Of a stretch of DNA of 24,000 nucleotides, positions 9,225 through 16,033 are shown piece by piece. How positions within the stretch are numbered: position 1 is the stretch's first letter; each line of letters starts with the position of its first letter. The DNA is taken from assembly GCA_049320605.1 (NCBI GenBank), contig JBMOQI010000013.1, positions 449,941-473,940 of the forward strand, in the 5' to 3' direction. The notes below the pieces were generated by a model, which ran no database searches, was not told the DNA's origin, and saw nothing but the letters and a program-made list of their open reading frames with translations. Source of the DNA: Pseudomonadota bacterium (GTDB lineage: Bacteria > Pseudomonadota > Gammaproteobacteria > Pseudomonadales > Moraxellaceae). The translations under genes were made by a program, and so were the position numbers.

Positions 9225-10049
9225 ATGAATGGGTTCAAGAAGCTTGTGCTCGCTTCCGCCGTCCTAGCAGCCACTTCCGGCGCTTACGCCATGGAAGCCT
9301 TGGACGACGAAAGCATGTCCACCACCACCGGTCAGGACGGTCTGACCATCAACCTCGACAGCAGCATAAACGACCTGCAGATCAAGTATGTCGACCGCGA
9401 CGGCCTGAACGGCGGCGCATTCGATCTGGCTGGCGCTCTCGTGATCGGCGACACCACCAACGGTGTTGACGTGACCATCGTCGGCCTGCAGATCGACATC
9501 GATGTCGGCGGCAACCTCGGTACCGCCTCTACCGGTTCCGGCATGCTGAACATCGGCATCGGCCTGACCAGCCTGAACATCGGCCTGGGCAATGTGGTCA
9601 TCGGTGTGGCCGACGCCTCCGGCACCGCTGGCAGCAGCGCCATCGGCACGGTGAAGACCATCCTGGCCTTCGACGCCAGCGCCGCGCTGAATATCGCCGG
9701 CAACGCCAACCTGATGAACATCCAGCTGGGTAACGAAACGCAGGGCTCCATGGTGCACATGAGCGCCACCCTGGGCTCCATCACCCTGACCGGCCTGCGC
9801 CTCGAAGATAATTCCGGCACCTACCAGGGCGGCGCGATCCGCATCGGCACCCTCCGCCTCAGCAACGTTGTGCTTGTCAATGACATCGATGCCGTGGCTG
9901 GCGGCCTGCAGATCCGCACTGCCGGCAGCTCGATTGGCGAAGTCGGTCTGGAGGACGTGCGTCTGGGTTCCAGTGCACAGGCGGATATCGGCGATATCTA
10001 CCTCGTCGGCCTGGATGTCAACTCGACGATCACGGTTCGCGGTCACTGA
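9225..10049 (+). CDS. Secreted Cys-free Gly/Thr/Ile/Asn/Asp-rich beta-strand-repeat protein, putative fibre subunit 1 (FilA-like)
   Basis: 274 aa. Sec signal MNGFKKLVLASAVLAATSGAYA|MEAL. A conserved post-signal motif MEALDDESMSTTTGQDGLTI is shared with the 10241 paralog. The body alternates hydrophobic and polar residues (VDVTIVGLQIDIDVGG, MLNIGIGLTSLNIGLGNVVIGV, IRIGTLRLSNVVLVNDID). It has no Cys and ends TITVRGH-stop. Good SD and C-ending codon bias. Confidence 0.8.
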   Translation: MNGFKKLVLASAVLAATSGAYAMEALDDESMSTTTGQDGLTINLDSSINDLQIKYVDRDGLNGGAFDLAGALVIGDTTNGVDVTIVGLQIDIDVGGNLGTASTGSGMLNIGIGLTSLNIGLGNVVIGVADASGTAGSSAIGTVKTILAFDASAALNIAGNANLMNIQLGNETQGSMVHMSATLGSITLTGLRLEDNSGTYQGGAIRIGTLRLSNVVLVNDIDAVAGGLQIRTAGSSIGEVGLEDVRLGSSAQADIGDIYLVGLDVNSTITVRGH

Positions 10050-10064
10050 TGTACTGATGTAATG

Positions 10065-10091
10065 AAAGCCCCGCTCGCGGGGCTTTCTTTT
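10065..10091 (+). terminator. Intrinsic terminator after subunit gene 1
   Basis: aaagccccg (10065..10073), loop ctcg, cggggcttt (10078..10086), followed by cttttcctc. Confidence 0.7.
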
Positions 10092-10240
10092 CCTCGCTGC
10101 TCGTCCGCAACGCATTACTGCCTTTCGTCGGAATTGTCCAGAGATCCCCAAATAGAGGTATGGGCAGCCTCAATAGATTTTTGTTAACTTTCGTAAGCGA
10201 TGCTGAACCAATAAAAACCACCAGCACTCCGGAGAAAAAA

Positions 10241-11089
10241 ATGACTTTCAAGAAGCTTTTGCTCGCCACTGCAATTACTACGGTTTCCTCTGCTTCCTTC
10301 GCCATGCAGGCCATGGACGAAGAAGCCCTGGCTGAAACCAGCGGTCAGGACGGTCTGACCATCACCATCAATCCGCCCGATGCCGGCATCACCACCGACA
10401 TCGTGATCCATGACAAGGACGGCACGTCCGGCATTACCGGCGGCTCCAATAATAGCGGCGCTATCCTGTTCGACAACTTCGTGCTCAACCCCAATGGCGC
10501 CACGTCAACCATCAGCATCGTGATCGATGCCACGGGTAACACGAACGCCGATGCGACGGCCACCGACCCGCAGATCAACATCAACATCACCCTGCCTGGC
10601 AGCACCATCATCTCGACCGGTGCCATCTTCGTGGCGGACAGTAACGGTGTCGGCGCCGCCCTGGGTACCAACCAGAAGACCGTGCTGGCCAACATGAACA
10701 TCACGCTGGTCGGCGCCACGCTGATCAACATGCAGTTGGGTGGCGAGCGCACTGGCGACTCGATGATCAATGTCAGCACGACCATCACCGGTGGCCTCTC
10801 GATCACCAACTTCAAGCTGGAAGATGCCGACGACACCGGCTCCATCAACTCTGACATGGTCACCATCAAGAATCAGGCTAACGGTAACCTGACTGCCGAT
10901 ATCGGGATCGACGCCACCACCACGGGCCTGGTGATCACCATGACCCAGTTCGGTAGCGGTCTTGGCGTCAACATTGGCATGACCAACTTCGGTCTCGGTG
11001 CTGACGGTACTGCCACCAACTCCATTGGTGACATCGACGTGCTTGGTCTGGACCTCGACGGTACGACCATCACCATCGCCGGTCACTGA
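10241..11089 (+). CDS. Secreted Cys-free Gly/Thr/Ile/Asn/Asp-rich beta-strand-repeat protein, putative fibre subunit 2 (FilA-like paralog)
   Basis: The track ORF starts at 10160. I prefer ATG 10241, preceded by ggag-aaaaaa, giving 282 aa. Signal MTFKKLLLATAITTVSSASFA|MQAM. It has the same post-signal motif (MQAMDEEALAETSGQDGLTI) and the same C-terminal block as the paralog (IGDIDVLGLDLDGTTITIAGH versus IGDIYLVGLDVNSTITVRGH). Both genes end with the identical ggtcactga. Confidence 0.8.
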   Translation: MTFKKLLLATAITTVSSASFAMQAMDEEALAETSGQDGLTITINPPDAGITTDIVIHDKDGTSGITGGSNNSGAILFDNFVLNPNGATSTISIVIDATGNTNADATATDPQININITLPGSTIISTGAIFVADSNGVGAALGTNQKTVLANMNITLVGATLINMQLGGERTGDSMINVSTTITGGLSITNFKLEDADDTGSINSDMVTIKNQANGNLTADIGIDATTTGLVITMTQFGSGLGVNIGMTNFGLGADGTATNSIGDIDVLGLDLDGTTITIAGH

Positions 11090-11099
11090 TCGCCGCATG

Positions 11100-11129
11100 A
11101 AAAAGGCCCCCGCAAGGGGGCTTTTTTTT
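11100..11129 (+). terminator. Intrinsic terminator after subunit gene 2
   Basis: aaaaaggccccc / gcaa / gggggcttttt, with one G-U pair, followed directly by a T8 run (cttttttttg). Confidence 0.8.
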
Positions 11130-11321
11130 GCCGGAAAAATACGGCGTGGTGGAGGGGCGCTGCGCTTCAGCCCGCCCCTAAAGAGGCCCTCAGGAATCTG
11201 TTGGAGTTGCGTAAAAACAGGTGCCCGGCCCGCAAAAGCAGTGTATCTTCTGCGGCACTACGAAGAATCATGTAGTTATAAATACAGAAGTATAACGCGG
11301 CCATAACAACAAAAGATTGCC

Positions 11322-12155
11322 ATGTTTACAGTCGTCCTCGGGGCAGCCCTGATCTATTTCTTTGCGGAAACCTCCTTTGAGGCGGCCGATATACAGCCGG
11401 GTACCGTCTATTACTCCTATCCCATCGATAGCCGCCAGAGCAGCCGCATGGATATGCTCGAGCGCCCTGTGGTGGTGGCCCCCCTCGTTGAACAGCAGTT
11501 CCGCAATATTGCGCATCAGGCATATGACTACAGTTGCGGGTCGGCAGCGCTGACGACGGTCATGAACAGCTATCTCGGGCACAACTTCGTAGAGCGCGAG
11601 ATCATGGATGGCCTGCTCAAATACGGCGAATACGACAAGATTGTGCAGAGACGCGGTTTCTCGCTGCTCGATATGAAACGGCTCGTGACCGCGCTGGGTT
11701 ATCAAAGCGGTGGTTATAAAGGCTCCTTTGATGACCTCAAGAAGCTGGAGCATCCCGCCATCGTTCCCATTCACTACGGCGGCTTCAAGCATTTCGTCGT
11801 GGTCAAGAAATACCGGGAAGGGCGTGTCTTCGTGGCTGATCCGGCGCTCGGCAACATCAGCTTTCCTGAAGAGCGCTTCAAGAGCATCTGGGAAAACAAT
11901 GTGATGTTCCTTGTATTTCCGGGCGAAACGCCGACCACCACGAAGCTTGCGTTGACGGAGGCCGATCTGCGCTTTGTCGATGACCATACCGTCGACCTCG
12001 CTGCGCTGGCGGAGGCTCCGCTCGGACTGAAGCCGGTGGAGGAAGTGGCAGACAGGGCCGGGACGTTGCAGAGAGTGCTTGATGCTGACCCCAAGAGCGC
12101 TACCTACAATCAGGTCATCAGCGTGCCGCTTCGCACGTATTTCCGTCGCAAATAA
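11322..12155 (+). CDS. Stand-alone exported C39-family cysteine peptidase (FilB-like)
   Basis: 277 aa. The hydrophobic N-terminus MFTVVLGAALIYFFAETSFEA is a signal peptide or an anchor. The C39 catalytic layout is present: Cys72 in QAYDYSCGSAALTTV (codon 11535..11537), His157 in GGFKHFVVVKK, and Asp173 in VFVADPALG. There is no ABC transporter domain or neighbouring ABC gene. Confidence 0.8.
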   Translation: MFTVVLGAALIYFFAETSFEAADIQPGTVYYSYPIDSRQSSRMDMLERPVVVAPLVEQQFRNIAHQAYDYSCGSAALTTVMNSYLGHNFVEREIMDGLLKYGEYDKIVQRRGFSLLDMKRLVTALGYQSGGYKGSFDDLKKLEHPAIVPIHYGGFKHFVVVKKYREGRVFVADPALGNISFPEERFKSIWENNVMFLVFPGETPTTTKLALTEADLRFVDDHTVDLAALAEAPLGLKPVEEVADRAGTLQRVLDADPKSATYNQVISVPLRTYFRRK

Positions 12156-12194
12156 ACTCGTTTGACGCCTGGGACAGGCAAGAGAAAGAGAAAA

Positions 12195-13349
12195 ATGAGA
12201 AATCCCAGATTAAGCGCCGCATTTCTTTTTCTGATCGTTAATGCGATTGCTGCGAATGTATACGCTGAAGAGGCGCCGGTTCAGGATGCTCCGCCTGCCG
12301 AGGCTCCTGCCCAGGAAGCTGAGGCGGCTCAGCCGGAAGCCCCGGCGCCGGCCGAGACAGCTACAGCGCAGCCGGAAGCCGCCCAGCCGCAGGCCGACGC
12401 AGGCGCGGGCCAGAGCGATACGGCGCGTGAAGCGCTGCAGCAGAAGGCGGATGACGCCTCCAGCGAGAAAAACCTGCAGCAAGTGTTCCAGGCCAGCGAA
12501 AAGACCTACTCGCTGCTGAAGAAGGGCAAGGTATCGCTCGACTACAGCCTGGGCTACAGCTACTACCGCGACAGTCGCATCGATATCGCCATTGCGGACA
12601 ACAGCTCGAGCCTGACCCGCTTCCGCATCGAGGAGGATGCGCAGCACAGCATCACCAATGCATTCGGCGTGGCCTATGGCGTTAAAAACAACCTGACCCT
12701 TACGGCCGATTTCCCCCTCGTCACGAAGATGGACACGCAAAGCAGTCTCCAGGCCACCGGTCTCGGCGACATCTCGCTCGGCCTGCGCTGGCAGCCTATC
12801 CCGCTGAAGCGCGGCCTGCCGACCTCAACGCTGTTCGCTTCGCTTTCCACTGCCACCGGGGACAGCCCTTACGACATTAACCTGACAAGTGACCTGGCGA
12901 CCGGCAAAGGTTTCTACAGCCTCTCCTTCGGCGGCAGCATGAGCAAGGTGGCCGATCCCATCGTGCTGTTCGCCTCGGGCAGCTACTCCATGAGCACCAA
13001 GGTGAGCGGAGTCAACCAGAACCGCGGCGGGCGCATCCTCGAGTCCGTCGAGCCCGGCGATGGTATCGGCGCATCGCTTGGTCTCGCCTACTCCCTGAAC
13101 TATGACGTATCGCTGACGGCCTCCTACCAGCAGTCCTACTCGTTCTCCTCTACCTATAACTTTGCAAACGGCGATTACGTCAATACCACCGGCGCCATGA
13201 GCGCCATGGTGAATTTCTCGCTGGGCCTGCGCACCAACCCCAAGCGGATCGTGAACGTGAGCCTGGGCTATGGCCTTACGGAGGATGCGCCGGACGTCTC
13301 GCTGGGTGTTTCCATGCCCATCGACTTTGTCGGTAGGTCAGAAGACTAA
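12195..13349 (+). CDS. Outer-membrane beta-barrel protein with long acidic disordered N-terminal extension (putative 'transporter'/MetA-pathway-like OMP family; FilC-like)
   Basis: The track start 12162 is a TTG. I prefer ATG 12195, giving 384 aa. Signal MRNPRLSAAFLFLIVNAIAANVYA|EE. About 70 aa of Ala/Pro/Glu/Gln low complexity follow, then a helix-like segment (REALQQKADDASSEKNLQQVFQ). The rest is alternating beta-strand sequence with TGLGDISLGLRWQP, typical of that OMP family as I recall it. Confidence 0.65.
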   Translation: MRNPRLSAAFLFLIVNAIAANVYAEEAPVQDAPPAEAPAQEAEAAQPEAPAPAETATAQPEAAQPQADAGAGQSDTAREALQQKADDASSEKNLQQVFQASEKTYSLLKKGKVSLDYSLGYSYYRDSRIDIAIADNSSSLTRFRIEEDAQHSITNAFGVAYGVKNNLTLTADFPLVTKMDTQSSLQATGLGDISLGLRWQPIPLKRGLPTSTLFASLSTATGDSPYDINLTSDLATGKGFYSLSFGGSMSKVADPIVLFASGSYSMSTKVSGVNQNRGGRILESVEPGDGIGASLGLAYSLNYDVSLTASYQQSYSFSSTYNFANGDYVNTTGAMSAMVNFSLGLRTNPKRIVNVSLGYGLTEDAPDVSLGVSMPIDFVGRSED

Positions 13350-13361
13350 AAACGGGCCGGC

Positions 13362-15047
13362 ATGATGTTCCTCATGAAAACAGCAAGAAGAGCACGGCCA
13401 TGTTTCCTGGCAGGGATGATGTTGCTGCTTGGCGGACTGGCTACGCTGGCGCATGCCGACCTCGCGACCAACCTCTCGATCGACATCCGCGCGCTTTCCT
13501 TGGGTAATGCCGTTACTGCCGATCCGCCGGGCGTGAGTGCGATTCATTACAATCCTGCCGCCCTCGCCAAGCTTGAAGGCCGTCAGTTCGATTTTCAGAT
13601 CTTCTCGGCTGCCATGAGCATCGAGTCGCAGTTTTCTGCCCCGGCCGGTTATGAAGTCTTCGGATACTCCGATGATCCTGTGGTCTGCAACGACCGGCCC
13701 GATGATGGGGAAGACCGCTGCTCGCTTTTCCATACGGGCCAGAGCGAAGTGATGGGTATCTCCCTTTACGTGCCGGTGCTGGACGAAGTCGTTGACTTGC
13801 CTGACGGCATGCCGGCAGCGGCGCCGCTCTTTGGCTTCTCCATCAAGCCCGCGGGCTCCAAGTTCACCTTTGCGAATGCCTTCTTTGCGCCCATGGTGGC
13901 CGGCTTCCACCGCAAGGAGAACGATCCGGGCAACTTCCTGGCGTCGCGTGCCGCGCTCGAGCGCTTCACCTATCTTTCACCTTCCATTGGTTATCAGGTG
14001 AACGATGAGCTTGCCATCGGGGCCTCGGTGAACCTGTCCTACCAGGCGGTGGCACTCGAGACGGATTTCCGCTCGCCGAACGTGCTGCTTGGCGTGCTGC
14101 GCATGATTGACGAGAAGGTCTGCCCGCAGTTCAAGGGCGAGTCGAATATCGTCATCGACCTTTTTCTTTTCGGTTTCTGTAATGCGGACAAGGGCATTGG
14201 CCCCTTTGATAACCTCGCCACGCTGCAGGTTTCGATGGAACAGACACTGTCGCCGACCTACAACCTGGGCATTCTCTGGGAACCCAGCGATGATTTTGGC
14301 TGGGGCGCGGTCTACCAGAGCGAAGCGAAGATGCATCTGCATGGCAAGTTTTCGGTGGACTACGTGCCGGGTGTGCAGGATGTCTTCAATGGCGTGGGGC
14401 AGTCCATCACCGGAAGAATCCTGCTGGCCATCCTTGGGCTGCCGTCATACATCCCGCCCAGCGAGTCTGGCCTGATCTCCATGGACCTGGTCTATCCGGC
14501 GCATTTCCAGACCGGCATCAAATACAAGGTTCTGCCCGATATGCAGATCAATTTCGATATCGGCTGGACCGACTATGGCGAGTGGGATTATTTCCGGATG
14601 AAGTTCGACCGCGAGATCAGTGTACTGAAGCTCGCCCGTTTGCTCGCTCCGGGCACCACCACGACCTCGCTGGCCCTGCCGCTCGGATTTCAGAGCCCCT
14701 GGGGCTGGAAAATCGGCATGGAGTATTCGTGGAACGAGCGCCTCAAATTCCGCCTCGGTTTCGAACCGCGTAACTCGGCCATCCCGGATGACCGCCGTTC
14801 GACCCTTGTACCCATCAACCAGGCGCATCTGTATGGCGCGGGCATTGGCTATCAGTTCGACAAGGACACGAGCATCGACCTGACGGCGGCCTATCTCTAT
14901 TCGAAGGACTCGATCCCCGCCAACACCAGCCAGAGCCTCAATTCCACTGGACTGCACAATATCGTTTACAACCCTTATGCCGGCCTGGATGTGGAGACCG
15001 AGGCGTCCATCATCATCCTGGGTCTCGCCTACCGCACGCTGTGGTAA
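13362..15047 (+). CDS. FadL/OmpP1/TodX-family outer-membrane beta-barrel protein, enlarged (FilD-like)
   Basis: 561 aa. Signal ...LLLGGLATLAHA|DLAT. N-terminal family motif IRALSLGNAVTADPPGVSAIHYNPAALAKL (compare FadL [26 protein letters not shown]). Amphipathic strands throughout, and it ends LGLAYRTLW with the aromatic terminus typical of OMPs. Confidence 0.75.
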   Translation: MMFLMKTARRARPCFLAGMMLLLGGLATLAHADLATNLSIDIRALSLGNAVTADPPGVSAIHYNPAALAKLEGRQFDFQIFSAAMSIESQFSAPAGYEVFGYSDDPVVCNDRPDDGEDRCSLFHTGQSEVMGISLYVPVLDEVVDLPDGMPAAAPLFGFSIKPAGSKFTFANAFFAPMVAGFHRKENDPGNFLASRAALERFTYLSPSIGYQVNDELAIGASVNLSYQAVALETDFRSPNVLLGVLRMIDEKVCPQFKGESNIVIDLFLFGFCNADKGIGPFDNLATLQVSMEQTLSPTYNLGILWEPSDDFGWGAVYQSEAKMHLHGKFSVDYVPGVQDVFNGVGQSITGRILLAILGLPSYIPPSESGLISMDLVYPAHFQTGIKYKVLPDMQINFDIGWTDYGEWDYFRMKFDREISVLKLARLLAPGTTTTSLALPLGFQSPWGWKIGMEYSWNERLKFRLGFEPRNSAIPDDRRSTLVPINQAHLYGAGIGYQFDKDTSIDLTAAYLYSKDSIPANTSQSLNSTGLHNIVYNPYAGLDVETEASIIILGLAYRTLW

Positions 15048-15052
15048 GGCCG

Positions 15053-16033
15053 ATGCATCGCTGTTTCGGGGTGATCGCTCTGCTGGCACTGGTGCAGGCG
15101 GCCGAAGCGGAAGAGAAGTTTTATTCCATAGTCGGTCCCGACGGTGGCGTTCAGATCATTCGGAGCACTGCCGAACCTGACAATGAAAAACCGTCGGCAT
15201 CCGGAAAGGAAGAGCGGCCGGAGCCCCGCAGGGATGGGCCGTCCACGGCGGCCAAGAAAAAGACAAGGAAGCCTGGGCCGTCTGCGCCGGCGCCGGCGGC
15301 CACCGCCGAGGGTGGCCCGGCTGCTGCGACCGGGGCGGCCTACGACTCCGATGAATATGCAGACAGCGAGCACTTGGAAAGCCCGGGCGCGCGCGCCGGC
15401 GGCAAAGAACGCTTCTACATCATCCAGGACGGACTCGGCAGCCAGCTTAGCGATGGCGAGTCCGTTTATGGTTCTGATGAAGCCGCCGCCCCGGAAGACA
15501 TGCCCGTACAGGAGTTCTTCCGGCAGGTGGACGAAGGGATGCTGGTCAGGCGCGCGGAAGAGGCGACAAAGGCCTTTCCCTTGCTTCCCGGCTGTCTTGG
15601 CAAGGCGGAAATCGAGACTGCCCGGCCCATTGAGCCCGGGGCTCCGGAAACGCTGGTGATCGGCAAAGAGACGTATGTCTTCCTTAAGGATTCGCGGGTG
15701 GCCGCCGCCTATCGTCTTGGCGGGGCCGGTCTTCGGACCCTGGTTTCCAGTTCCTTTTCAAGGACGGACAGGAAGCCCGGCTTCGTGCATCCGCATCTGG
15801 CGTTCTTCGACGATCGCGGATGCCTCAGCCGCGTGGTGAGCAATTTTTATGAGAGCCTGTATCCGGCCAACCAGAGGCGGCATCCCATGCTGAAGGCCAG
15901 GCTTGCGGTTCATGCGGAAGAGACATTCATGCTGGTGCTGCTGCCCCGGGATGGCGGGGGCAAGACGGTGGCGGCGCTGCCCTACGAGTACTCCCGACTC
16001 GGGCAGCTCAAGTTCACGGTAAAAAGGCAATGA
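15053..16033 (+). CDS. Exported protein with basic Pro-rich disordered region and a C-terminal globular domain (FilE-like), function unknown
   Basis: The track start 15041 is a GTG overlapping the upstream gene. ATG 15053 gives MHRCFGVIALLALVQAAEA|EEKF, 326 aa. The segment PDNEKPSASGKEERPEPRRDGPSTAAKKKTRKPGPSAPAPAATAEGGPAAATG is low complexity. The stop overlaps the next start (ATGA at 16030..16033). Confidence 0.6.
   Translation: MHRCFGVIALLALVQAAEAEEKFYSIVGPDGGVQIIRSTAEPDNEKPSASGKEERPEPRRDGPSTAAKKKTRKPGPSAPAPAATAEGGPAAATGAAYDSDEYADSEHLESPGARAGGKERFYIIQDGLGSQLSDGESVYGSDEAAAPEDMPVQEFFRQVDEGMLVRRAEEATKAFPLLPGCLGKAEIETARPIEPGAPETLVIGKETYVFLKDSRVAAAYRLGGAGLRTLVSSSFSRTDRKPGFVHPHLAFFDDRGCLSRVVSNFYESLYPANQRRHPMLKARLAVHAEETFMLVLLPRDGGGKTVAALPYEYSRLGQLKFTVKRQ

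Noticed and set aside
12267-12480. Ala/Pro/Glu/Gln-rich coding stretch, considered as a tandem DNA repeat or contingency locus
   Set aside because: Only one short unit (cagccggaagcc) recurs, and there is no regular period. It is better described as a low-complexity disordered linker within the barrel protein.
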